From Camelus ferus (Eukaryota): a DNA stretch of 64,000 nt. Shown here in pieces: positions 1-12,430 of the stretch. Every line of letters begins with the position of its first letter. Position 1 is the stretch's first letter. A program made the position numbers and the translations under genes. Below the pieces are notes generated by a model. It searched no databases and was not told the origin of the DNA. It worked only from the letters and a program-made list of their open reading frames with translations. The stretch spans positions 30,320,001 through 30,384,000 of the forward strand of contig NC_045697.1 of NCBI RefSeq assembly GCF_009834535.1, given 5' to 3'.

Positions 1-2328
1 TGGATTCTGGTTGATTTGACCATTAACTTAGTCTTCTAGGCCTTGATTTTCTACATTTAAAAGATTAGTAAGTTGTTGAAATAAGTAATTGCCAAGATTC
101 CTTCCAGTAAACATTCCATGAATATTGAGTATAGGATTTGATGCAGCTGTATTTGTCAATTATTCTACTTTAAAATTTTCACCCTAAAGGTTAACTCATC
201 TCTTTTTTTGTAATCCTGATCATACACTTAAACATTTTTATTGGTAAAAGGAACCTCTTGCCCTCTTACTTTCTTGTTCATGTTTGTTTCTTGGGTCACA
301 TGAGGTTCTGTGATTTGTTTCATGTACCTGGGTGAAAGTTAAAATGTAGCTACCAAAACTAGTTCTTTATGTGGAAATAATTTATGTCTATAGCTGAAAC
401 CTCCAGATTCTGTTTAATAAGCACAATAATTTATTCTCCTTTTAAGTAAGCTTAAGAGAATTACAATGAAATGCCAAGATGCCATGCACACTTAAAGAAA
501 AACCTCATTTTTGGAACTGCAGTGTATTTTTTGTTGGAGTACTAAGGTTTGACTGTATTGCTATATTAACTCAATTATGCTACTTAATCTTTTATTTAAC
601 ACTTACTATGAACAAAGTGATTTTAATTTTCAAGATTATTGTAAAGGAAATGAGAATTTACCGAAAGTATTTAAATAGAGGGATCACATTGTTATCTAAA
701 AAATTAAAATAAAGTTATAAAGTTTTATTCACTCCCTAACAAGAAAAGATAGTAATGCTTCAAGTTCGTTACTTGAATACAACACAGACTATAAAATTAA
801 AAGCAATTTTAAGCGATTGTTCCTTAAATATTACCCTTCATAGAAGCACAGTCTAATATTAGAAGGCTTTATTAAGTTATATTTTTAGCAATAATGTGTA
901 AAGCTCTGTATTTAAAAGTGAACATAGTCTATGAGTTTATTTTGCATATCCACGCACACATGTGCAAAGATGGATAAAAGGATGATCGTTGTAGATTCAT
1001 TAGTAGAGAGCTTGTTACATAATAGTGCATGCATAATATGGACTATCTGAAGCTGTAAAAAGAATGAGATAAGTTATGTGTTGTGAAAGGGGATTATCTC
1101 CAAGATATAATACGTTTAAAATTTGTTGGAAACTAGGTAAGGTGCTCCCCAATTATTTTGGGGTATATACGTTTAAAGGCATATATACGTTTCTTTCTGT
1201 GTCAGTTTCTTCATATGTAAGGTGGGTATGATAATGCCACTTCCCTCCTAGGGTCGTTAAGTGGATTCAGTGAATGACAAAGTGAGCACTATGTTTGTGT
1301 TAGTCATTATAAACATTTTGTGTAAATTTCTGGAAGTATATATTAGAGACTGTGCTGTAACTTTGAAGAAAGAACTAACTTGGATGATGGAAAATTTATT
1401 TTTCATTGAATATTCTTTCCTATTTATGTTTTCTGCAATATGTGTGTTTTTCAATTTAGAGTTAAAGATCATCACATGATTTTAGGGGAAATGGATATAG
1501 CAATATTATAAGTTTGTAATCATGTATGTTATTTTTATTATGAGAGCAGTACCACACAATTTCGAGGGAGAATAAAAATATTAGCATCTTAATATATTTC
1601 TCCCCCATCTGAAGTTTTAATGATAGGTATAGCTTTATATTCTACTTTCTTCAAAGTTGCTATATGGTTTTCATAATCACAATCTTAAGTAGTTGCATAC
1701 CGAGTCCATCTAATAAACATAATTTACTTAGCCCTGCTACCGAACTATCCATGTTAGTTTATTGCTGCATTTTATTTGTAGTTATTTTAGTGATGTCTTA
1801 ATGTAGATAGTTTTTCCTAGGAAAGAATTCCAGACTTAGAATTTCATAAGCGTATATGACCCCTGAAGTATTGTGATTTTGATTTTTAACCAAGAAAAGT
1901 AAGTAGTATAGTATAAGCTGTGCAGGTTTACTAGTGAGCCTGTGCAGTTTTATTAGTTTTTCTTGTTTATTTATATAAAGTGAACTACTGTTCATTTAAA
2001 ATACATTATGAAGTTTTAAAACTTGATTATCAGTTATCAGTGGTAGTTGTTGAAACATTTATTATTTATTTAATAGCTTTAAAAAACTTAAAAAGTAATT
2101 TATACATGAAGACATATTTATAAAATTTAAACAGTAATATTTTATTCTTTACCAATCATATGCATTCATTTATTTCCTTTTTAAAAATAACTTGGATTTA
2201 GATATTATAGCTATTACTATGACCATTTGATGAATAAAGATACACATTCTCCAATTAAATTGCCTTTAAGTATGAGAGTATACATATGAATTGATAACAT
2301 GTATTTATTACCTTTGTGTTTATTTCAG

Positions 2329-2412
2329 TGGTCAAGGAAGTTTGCTCCAGCCTTTTATATATTATAGATTCCTTACTCTTCGATATTCCTCTCGAAGAAA
2401 TCCATATTGTCG
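2329..2412 (+). CDS. TMEM33: TMEM33 penultimate coding exon (84 nt): (S)GQGSLLQPFIYYRFLTLRYSSRRNPYC(R)
   Basis: Acceptor tttcag at 2323-2328 and donor gtaagc at 2413. The translation matches the recalled TMEM33/Pom33-family C-terminal region. It joins the next exon in phase 2. Confidence 0.96.
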
Positions 2413-4149
2413 GTAAGCTGATTAGTTTAAATCTGTTTTATTTATTTATCAAGACAATTACAAAATAATAGTATTTGTAACTTTTAAGAGTTGTTTAACT
2501 TTTATGTTAGAATTTAGAAGCAAGCGATGTTTTTATATTTAAGTTCTAGGCCATAGAACGATTGACGAGATGATTGTATTTCTTCTATCTCTAAAACAGT
2601 GCTAAAGCTTAAGGAATTTAAAGATGTGTAAGACATAAGTCCCATTCTCAAGGAACTTTTCTAGTTGAAGAAACAAAAACACATGTCAGATAATAAAAAA
2701 GGAAGAAATAGTTCAGGATACAGTATTCACATGTCAATCTATGAATTGTCACGTTTGCTCTATCGTATCAGTACAGTATAGTCCACAAGAGGGGAGAGAT
2801 CATTGAGCCAGAAGATAGAACAGCCCGGGAAAGTTTCACAAAATAGAGGTTTTAATTTGTTCTGGAAGGATTAAAGCCTTTTAACAGACAGAATAGGGAA
2901 AAGCATTTTAGGTAGGAAAACAGTAGGGCACAAGTTCAGAGGCAGGAAGGTGAAAAGCAGAGTAAAAGAGGCATTGAGTGGACCTATTTAACTATAAGGG
3001 AAATTCTGAATGGTGAGTGGTCGGAACAAAGATTTAAAAGGTATATTGAAGCTATATCATAAAACTTCTTGAGTTTCTGAGTAAGAATTTTGGAACTTTT
3101 TAGATGTGTAAAAATGATTGTTTTGACATGATCACAATATTCTTCTGATAGCCTTGTGCAGAATTGTTTGGAATGGAAAAATAAAGAAGCAGAGAAATAT
3201 TTTAGTAAATTGCTATAATGTTCAGGAATGGAAACTTAAATTAATATACAATAAATTATGCCTTCTGATCTCAAAAGTTAGAGGAAAATTGAAATGAACA
3301 GCTTTTTAAAAATAGTTTCTTAAATGTTATTCAGATACTAACGTTAACATAGTTTTTGTTTTCTCACTTAAAATAAAGTCATCATGTAGTAGAATTCAGC
3401 CAGAAATTGAGTGAGTGTATTAGCATCATCTCTGTTACATTTTTCACAAGCAAAGTAAAAACTGAATTTGAATGTTGGCCCATCTTTTGCCAAGTGTGTG
3501 GCTTTAGGCGAGTTATTTAAATTTTAATTTTTTCACTGACATGGGAAGAAACCTTCTTCTGGAGGTGAAATGAAATAGTGTTTATAAAAGCACTTAGATT
3601 CTATTTGGTTTTTAATAGTTTATTTTCCCTTTTTTATGATTCTGATTTACCTCCTTTAAAGGGGTTTTTATGCTCTACAATGTTTTTTTTATAATACTTT
3701 CTGAAATAGATTTTACTTTCTTTAGACATAGGTTCTTACGGGGAGTCCCTAGTTGAAAATAAACCTTTAATTTTACCTGACTCCAGAGTTTCCCCCCCTT
3801 TTTTTTTTCTGTTCTGTGTATTCATTTTAGACATTATATTCTGGTCCCCTACCCTGGCATCCAGTTTTCATGAGCAGATTTGTTTTTCTCTGCTTCTTTA
3901 TATCCTCTTCTCTATTCCCATTTTCTCCACATATCCTTAAATCATATCAGCACATATAGAAATTCAGAAGTGTTCAGTGGAATAAAGACAGAAAGGAAGG
4001 CAGTTGATCAAGATAACACAAATATGTGCTGATAAACCTCTCACATAAGCATGCATTTTAATCAAAATGGTGGAAAGGTAATGGAAAATATTTGGGTTTA
4101 TAAATATTGATAAGCAGACTATAAAACTACATTTTCTATACTATACTTT

Positions 4150-4790
4150 TTTTTTAAACCTTTCCTGTGGTATGGTTCCTGTACAGTAAACTACACATAT
4201 TTCAAATGTACAATATGATGAATTTTGATAGACGTATACACCAGTGAAACCACCACCACAATCAAGATAGCTAACATTTCCATCACTCCCCAAGAGGTGC
4301 AATTTTCAAATTCCCAATTTATCCCTCCCCCTCCTTTCCCCCCAGTAACCATAAGTTTATTCTCTATGTCTGTGAGTCTGTTTCTGTGTTGTAGATAAGT
4401 TCATTTGTGTCCCTTTTTATAAGATTCCACGTATAAATGGTATAATATGGTATTTTTCTTTCTTTCTGGCTTACTTCACTTAGAATGACAGTCTCCAGGT
4501 CCATCCATGTGGCTGCAAATGGCATTATTTTATCCTTCTTTGTGGCTGAGTAGTATTCCATTTTATACACGCACGCACACACACCACATCTTCTTTATCC
4601 AGTCATCTGTCAGTGGACATTTGGGTTGTTTCCAGGTCTTTTGCTATTGTAAATAGTGCTGCTGTGAACATTGGGATTTGTGTCTTTTTGAATAACATTT
4701 TTCTCCAGATATGTTCCCAGGAGGATTTTATGATAACTCTATTTTTAGTTTTTTAAGAAACTTCTCTACTATCCTCCAGAATGTAAATAT
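4150..4790 (-). mobile_element. LINE-1 3' fragments (ORF2 C-terminus/3' UTR), composite
   Basis: Minus ORF 4364-4582 reads MEYYSATKKDKIMPFAATWMDLETVILSEVSQ, the L1 ORF2p C-terminus. An older L1 3' end lies at 4150-4290. Confidence 0.9.
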
Positions 4791-4904
4791 ATTGAGTTTT
4801 GAGACAGTCTGTATAGCCAGTTTGTACCATTTTCACCTATCATGATATTTATTCTCAAGTTAGTAGTACCAGTCCTTTGTTCATGTGTAGTATAGATTGT
4901 CCAG

Positions 4905-5086
4905 AGCTGTACTGTCCAGTAGAGCAACCACTACCCACTTTTGACCATTCCAATTTAATTAAATTCATACAATTTAAAGCTCAGCTCCTGAGTCACATAC
5001 CATGTTGCAAGCATGGCTGGTGGCCGCTGCACTGGACAGTAGACAGATATTTTCATCATCACTGAAAGTTCTGTTGTCAGTGCTGC
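4905..5086. mobile_element. MER3-like hAT-Charlie DNA transposon remnant
   Basis: Pattern ctgtccagtag...ctggacag...atcactgaaagttctgttgtcagtgctg, typical of MER3. Confidence 0.65.
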
Positions 5087-5349
5087 TCCGAAGGAACTCT
5101 GTGACATGGTCTAGTTTATGCCACGGATGGAGCCAAGAATAAAAAAACTAGGCATGTGACTTTAGACACGCATTGACCTCATTAGGCCTCTTCTGTAACC
5201 TGAGGGGGTTTGACTAGAGTGTTTTCAAGGTGCCTTTTAACTTTATTCATTAGACTCATTTATTCTGAAGACGGTGATTGTTGATGATAATAAGTTTATG
5301 CAAGATTGAAATACCTGCTTTCTAGGGACTTGGAGCTGAGTGAATTAGA

Positions 5350-5960
5350 TAGCTATATAAGTCAATATGATAATGAAGGTGCTTTGAAAGCACAGAGAAC
5401 AGAGGGAGACGGATGAGAATTCACTGAGCAGGTGGTAATATAAGCCAAGTCTTTTGAAGTCTGTATTCTGGTGTGTGGGTGCCTGAATATGCTTACCATA
5501 CCAGGAGTTACATGTCACTTGACCTGAGCAAATACATAGGGAAGTAATAAAGACCTGTGCCCAGAAAGATAGACAGGAACTAGATCACGAAAAGGGTTGG
5601 ATTTTATTTCAAGGTAGGAAGAGCATTTGAAGTTTATAATGTGGAGAGGTTGAGAACATAGTAGGATCTGATTTAGAAATATGATTCCAGAAGATGGATT
5701 TCAGGCTCATGAAAAGGAGAAAAAGACCAATTTGGAGACTGTTAGAGTAGTCCAGAGCCTGAACTAATTCAGTGGTAAAGGAAAAAGGGGATAAATTTGA
5801 AAGATATTTAGGAGGGCAGGAATTTAGGGCTTAGGGAAGAAGAATGAGATAAAGAAGACCTCCAGGTTTCTAGCCTGGAAACCTTAGAAAGTCATGAGTA
5901 GTGGGGGCTGTCACAAAGATAGGACATACAAGAGGAAGAGCAGGTTTTTGGATAAATGTG
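5350..5960 (-). mobile_element. L2 LINE remnant
   Basis: Purine-rich degenerate L2 motifs (ctccaggtttctagcctgg, ggaagagcaggtttt). Confidence 0.5.
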
Positions 5961-6983
5961 CATCTTTCTAAATTTCCTTCCTGTTTTTGTGTGAGAGTGT
6001 ATTACATCCTTTTTTAAAGCAGATTATTGCCTATTATTAACCATTAAAATAACACAGAGGATACAAAAAGGTAAAAGTTGTATCTTTATATATGATGAGT
6101 CAGCACATAAAAACTGTGAATAGCCAAATTACCCTTGATGATTTTTCAAAGCACTTAGAAGTGATAGTACAGCATACATGATTTTGTATCTGCTAGCCTG
6201 TACAATGTGTGATGTGTGTGTGTGATTTACAGTATGTAATGAACAGTACTTTGTAAGTGACTAGCACAGTTAAGGCAAAGTCCACAACCTGTTTGGGCCC
6301 AAACACGCAACATAACTGGAACATGGGCATCATGGCAGAGGCTGGTAGGAGATGAAGCAGAAAGTTCAACTGAGACTAGATTACTAGATTGTGGAGGGCA
6401 TTGGATGTTGAGGAGGTGGAATTTAGTCTGAAGGCAAACAAGAGCCAGTTTGAGGAGTAGAATGATCCAGTTGGGAGATAACATTTATTGAGCATCTTCT
6501 CTGCTGTCTCATTTAAACTTCACTATGACTGCAGTAAGTACATATTCCCATTTTTCAGACAAGGGAAGCTCTAAGAGGCAGTATGTTCTTTTAAGGAAAT
6601 AGTAGGTGGGATTGCTCGTGTTATATAATTTTCGCTGTCTTGGTCTCTTTTTTACAACTAGTTGAATTTGCCCAAGTTAAGTGTGAAAATGGTATGTATG
6701 ACTCAGCTGCAGAGAAGATACGAATCATCCCTAGTCTCAGCCCTCAGAGAGAGCCATTTGTTAAATGCTTCTGTTAGACGAACTCCCCCTGCCACCCCAA
6801 AAGAAACAGGTGTTGATTTTGAAAATTTTGTGTGTTCCCTACAGGGCATCCTGGCTATTTTTTTTTTTTTTTCCGCTTCTTCAAATTCTTTAACGGCTAT
6901 AGGAAAGTCTTTCATTGGCATCTGCTCTTACATTATGTTGCTTTTTTATTGGGTTTCTGAAAGAAAACTCTTTGATCTTGCAG

Positions 6984-7113
6984 GACCTTGTTCAATGAAC
7001 TGAGGATTGTTGTTGAACATCTAATAATGAAACCTGCTTGCCCACTGTTTGTGAGAAGACTTTGTCTCCAGAGCATTGCCTTTATAAGCAGACTGGCACC
7101 AACAGTTGCATAG
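6984..7113 (+). CDS. TMEM33: TMEM33 last coding exon: (R)TLFNELRIVVEHLIMKPACPLFVRRLCLQSIAFISRLAPTVA*
   Basis: Acceptor ttgcag ends at 6983. In frame with the previous exon (CG|G = Arg). Stop TAG at 7111-7113. Matches the recalled TMEM33 C-terminus. Confidence 0.96.
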
Positions 7114-10100
7114 TTTAACATCCAGTTAAGTTATATATAATATAAATAAGCATTATTAGCTGCTGGTACTTCTGCTAGGGGTGGTTAATTCCAGGTGTAA
7201 AACTGACCTCAATCTAATTTACATAATTTACATAAATGCATCTCAGTAGAAAAATAATCATTTTCCTGGCATGTTAAATCAAGCCTTTTAAATACTTTGT
7301 GAGAAAATTTTATTGTACTGTGTTGTTCATGGTTAAGGAAGTTTGGATCTGTGATAAATGTATCAAAAATTCTTTAGACGCTGCTATGCCTCTATCATGA
7401 AATACATTTATTTCTCTTGTAAAAATAGCTATAAAATTTGTTTCAATCTAATTGGTATCCTGAATTTATATCTGGCATGAGTTAATTATGGTAATATTTA
7501 CATGTAAATTCAGTATATTTTGAGACAGTATTCTTTTGCCATTCAGTAATTTTGGTTGATGATTTTAACAAAAACACTTTCCACTATATTTCAAATTGTT
7601 TTAAATTGATTTTGTGCTGCTTTGTTGAGACAGATTTATATTGGATGTACCATTATAAGAGGAATTCTATATGTATCTTATGCTGTGACCTTCCAAAATT
7701 TTACTTTTATAATTACTTCTGTGAATATCTTTTTAAAAAGGCCTAACCATAAGCTTGTTAGCCAATTGGGTAAGTATTTGGGGTCACTTAAGCATTTTAC
7801 ATCAGAGAGCAGTAGGCAGACAGTTTTCCTTTCAGAGACCCATTGAGTAACATTTCTCAAATAGAAAATTATTCTTTTAGAAATGTGGATACATAGGTTT
7901 TAGTATTATTGTAGTTTACAGAGTTACTTAGATCAGATTCTTGACTGCCAGTTTTCTCAGTTTCTTAGGCTTGAATTTCATAGACAGGTACATCAGTTCA
8001 GATGTCTTTTGAAAGGAATGTAATTGAAGATTGAGTGACTGACTTAACTTAATATCTGTCCTGAAATAATGAAGATTATGCTTACCCATCAAATCTGATT
8101 TAAAAGATTAAATAGAAAGGTTTATAGGTAAGGTTATTGATTAGGAATGGGGCTGGAGGAGGAGTTGTGGAGGAAATTGTGTACATTTCAATTTCTTAAT
8201 GTATAGATAAATTTGGGGAAATGAGATGTATTACGCAACTGTGATTTGAGTTGTGTAATATGTTAAGTCCTGTTTGTTGAGCTTCCGTCAAACTCCTTTA
8301 TAAAATTCATTCTGATCTTTATTACTGTTGCATGATTGGAAATGTTTAAAACATTGCAAAATGTTAGTGCAGAGTAATGTAATGGTTTCTGTAACCTATT
8401 TTCTTCTGTCTGCATGTAACTTGGATTTCTCATATATACTCAGTGACTTCAGTAGCATCAGTTTTTGTTCAACTTTTTGATCTATAGAAATGTGATACCT
8501 GCTTGATAGCTCAACTGTAACCAGCTATTTTTGTATTTTTGTAATATTTATCTTCTAAGCTAGAGAAGCAGCCTCATGATATAGTTGATTGAGTGTGTGT
8601 GTGTGGCTAGTCTTCATTATCACTATGTATATAATCTGATGGTTTTAAAACTAAATTTTCTAGAGCAATAAAATGACTGTAATGTTGAGTAAACAACATT
8701 ATTGATGTCTAATGATATTTTTAAAATTTTGAATTATCAAGAAATTTTGGCAGCTGAAGGCACGTTTATTTTTTAAGTTACTAGTTTTTTGTTTGTTTTC
8801 TACAATCTTTTTCTATCTTGAGATAACTTTAGATTTATAGAAGAGTTGTGAAAAACAGTAAAGAGAGTTCCTGTATACCTTTTACTCAGCTTCCCCTTGT
8901 GTTAACATTTTCCACACTATACAACATTTACCAAAGCTAAGAAATTAACCGTGGAACAGTGCTATTAACTAAGGTACAGAAATGAGTAAGTTTTTCCATT
9001 TATTTTCTTTGTGTTTGTGTGCTCTCTTTTTGTCATTATTGTGTCTTTTAATGATCTATAAGTATGCTACTGTTTTGAGTTTTCCTCTTTATTTTGAAAA
9101 TTACTGTTGGTCAAAAAGATTTTCCTAAAGGAAATAATTCGTGTTGGTTTTAACAAAAAGAATTTAACATTAAAACTATTACAACTTAAAACACTCTGCT
9201 TCAAAAGTCAAGGCTTCTGTCACATCACGGGATTTGATTTCTGATATGCTCATGTTTGTTCTTTAAAGGAAGGCTTTATTTATAAACAAAATACTCCTAA
9301 ACTCATGAAAAAAATAAATCTTAGAATTTGAGCATTACTAGATCGTTTGCATGAACTTATAGTTGGAAATTCTGCGGTATGAATATTTACAGCCAGCTGA
9401 TTTGACATCTGAAATTATAGTGTAACTTGTATGTATACCTATCAAATTAAAATTAAGGAAATATAATAGCAGTATATAGAGTGAATGTACTAGGATAAAT
9501 TATACTGCATAGTTCAATTTATTTTTACTTGCAGTTTAAAAAAAATGTTGATTTAACTAAGTCCAGAATATCTGATTCTTTAGGAGGTGTTATAATACTG
9601 TTCTTCTGGCATTTTTAGAGATTAAACCTTCTTGGGCAGGTAGAGATCTCATACAAAACCTACTTTGTTCTAACAAAAATTCTAGATCCCTTTTGTATAC
9701 TTGATTCCTCATAAATTTTAACTCTAAATTTAATGTCAGTACACAGAGAAATTTCTTAAATAACAATTTGTATTTAAATTTTCTTGGAGAAAAATTCACC
9801 AAGGTAGATGCTTCTGGAAGAAGTAATCAAAAAAGAAAACTAACTTTTTTTTTTAAATTAAATTTAGTTATTTAGGAACCTCCTTTACAGGGAAAATCAA
9901 GGCATGCTATTATTGAACCAGGAGTTCTGAAAATATTTATGAAGTCTTTTATATAACTAAGAATTGTAAATCTATCGGAATACTTCATGAAAATCAAGAT
10001 TGAAAATTCAGATTAGGTTTACAAGTTTAGGACATGAATATTACTCATCCTAAAAAGGAAAGTAAGTGTGTGTGTAATACAAGTAGAACTGAGAGATTTG

Positions 10101-12430
10101 GTTAGTTTTTTTTTTTTAAGATTGAGATCAGAATGAATGAAAATTTTGCGGGGTTGTGGTAAAGATCCTTGTCTAATGCTAAGGAGTTTGTTTTAGTTAA
10201 TATAGTTCTGAAGCTCCTCTCCACCTGCCTACCCAAATCCCCTTTGATCTACTAGCCTCATTGCTAACACCCAAATTGAGACTGATTTTTACTCTGCAAG
10301 GAAAACCTCAAGGGAGAAAGTAACCACAGTTATGTTTATGATCAGTAGGTGGCACTCTTTCCTCAAGTAGTCCCCAGCTGTTTGACCTGCCATGTTGGAA
10401 GGTTAAATGCCACTATACGCTGAGTCAAACATAAAACTAAGGACCTGAATTCCATGACGCTCTTTAATTATTCAATGTTCAGTAAATATTTAGTAAGCAT
10501 TTACTATGAATACATTTTAAAAATATTGAGATGTTCAGAAGCTGGAAGAAGTACCCTGTTAATATCTACTTTCTAGGTAAAATAGTAACATAGGTTACAG
10601 TTAGTGACATTATTCTGATCGTGATCTCTTTGCTGGGGTTTTTTTTTTCCCCTTAATTATAAGTGCCTAAATCACCAAAACACATCAATTATAAAACTGT
10701 TCTTTCTCCTTCATTTTCAGTTGTGTAGAAAAAATTTTTTGTGGTCGTTTTGTAGGTACATGAGGTATATAGCCAGTTCAACCTCTTAAAATTTAGACTT
10801 TTCACAGTAATATAAAGCATACTGAAATTTTTGGATATTAGGAATGGTAGCTAGATTTGTAAATTCAGTTTGAGTTGTAGAAACAGCTAGTTTCTCTTAA
10901 CACCTCATTGGGATTTCTGTAGAATTAAGAGAATTCTACAGAGGCTGTGTGCTAGTATGGCTTAACAGATAGTTTACCAAAGCATATATGTTTTGTAAAT
11001 CCGGGCGTTATTTCCAGAGATTGTTTTAATAAGCGGTCTTCTTTTAATATTCTGGATGGAAAGTTGTTATTGGATCTGGTATTAAGGTTAAGAAAAGGAG
11101 CTGCTGAGTTTGGGAGATTTCTTGGTAGTAATTATCCTAGGACATGTTTATCTTCTAAAGTGGTATTCAGGAGGATTCTTAGAAGGAACATGTTCCTTTG
11201 TGAGAGATTAACTCTAGAGTGATCTTTCTCCTCTTGTTCAGTGCAAATAGGAAAACTGACCTGCATTGAATTTGAGTTGATGTGACAAGAGATACAGTAC
11301 TTACTTTAAATCTAAAACAGAGTCTTTTTCTTAGAAAATGATAGGAGAATTTTTGATATCTTTGTTGGAATCAAAAAATTAGCTCATATTCCAGGAGAAG
11401 GAGAGGCCCAAGAATTCATTTCACTTTTTCCATCATAGTTTTCTGAAATTACTTTTTTGATAAGCTCGGTAGTTTTAAACTAATCTTTTTCTCTTGATTC
11501 ATGACAGTTTAATTCCAAACTTTGACTATTTTCTTTTGTAACTTTAAAATAGAACAAATGTTTTTGTAAATTGAGACCAAATGGGCAACGTATTGGGCGG
11601 GTAACATTTGTGATGTGTGTATATTGGAATAAATGTAAAAGGGTCACAAAGATTAGAAAGAGAGTCATAAAAAACTGCTTGATTTATAAATGCATTACTT
11701 CTGGTGCTCTACATAATGAGGTATGTTGAACTAAAAAATTTGTATATATAGTATGTCAGCATTTCTTAGGAACTTCTCTTCAATCCATTTTTAATATCTA
11801 ATGTACAGGTTGGGAAGTTATATACTCTTCAGGCTAATACTATCCAATTTATACACAAGACTGTGTAAATTTATAAAATAAATTGAAAAATTCATCATTC
11901 CCCTGTATTCAAGACCAAAGCACGTAAATGCTAATGTAGGGCTCAGAGGGGAAATATATTGCACTCGAATATTTGAGAAAATGTGAATTCTTTTCAAGAA
12001 TATCTAATAAACATAATAATCATAGCCTGCTGACACTAAGGAAAAAGGACCTCATTCACTCTTTCTTTTATGCAGCGATTTACTGGTCCCAACTGATTTC
12101 CAAATTGGATCACTGTAGTAAATTATCTACGCTGGTACCTGTGAAAGTAAGCCCAGGGATCCATATTTGTTTCGTGTTCTGCTTACATCAGCAAGAATGA
12201 TAAATTTGATGGTGTGAAATTGGAAGTGTCAAGGGCTTTCTTTGGTGATTGAGCAAAATAATGTCTCCGCTTGTAATTTATTGTGACCTTTTTTCACTGT
12301 ATGTGCTTTGTATATCTAATATTTATTTCAATACAAATTAAATTGTTCCTTTATCTGTATTGTTATATCTAAGATTTTATTGATGTAAAAATCAAATTGT
12401 GTAATAAAAATCTCTGGATTTAAGCTGATT
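7114..12430 (+). other. TMEM33: TMEM33 long 3' UTR (end approximate)
   Basis: An AU-rich, nearly repeat-free ~5.3 kb stretch after the stop codon. AATAAA occurs at 8667, 11877, 12403 and 12551. Mammalian TMEM33 has a multi-kb 3' UTR. Confidence 0.65.
12403..12408 (+). terminator. Probable distal polyadenylation signal of TMEM33
   Basis: AATAAA preceded by a U-rich, TGTA-rich region and followed by GT/T-rich sequence. Confidence 0.55.

Noticed and set aside
1105..1192. Short direct repeats of atacgttt
   Set aside because: Three short irregular copies in AT-rich intron DNA, consistent with slippage. Not an array.
6662..7003. 113-aa ORF upstream of the last TMEM33 exon
   Set aside because: It has a non-ATG start, is intronic and is out of frame with TMEM33. 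Only its splice-like signals are kept as findings.
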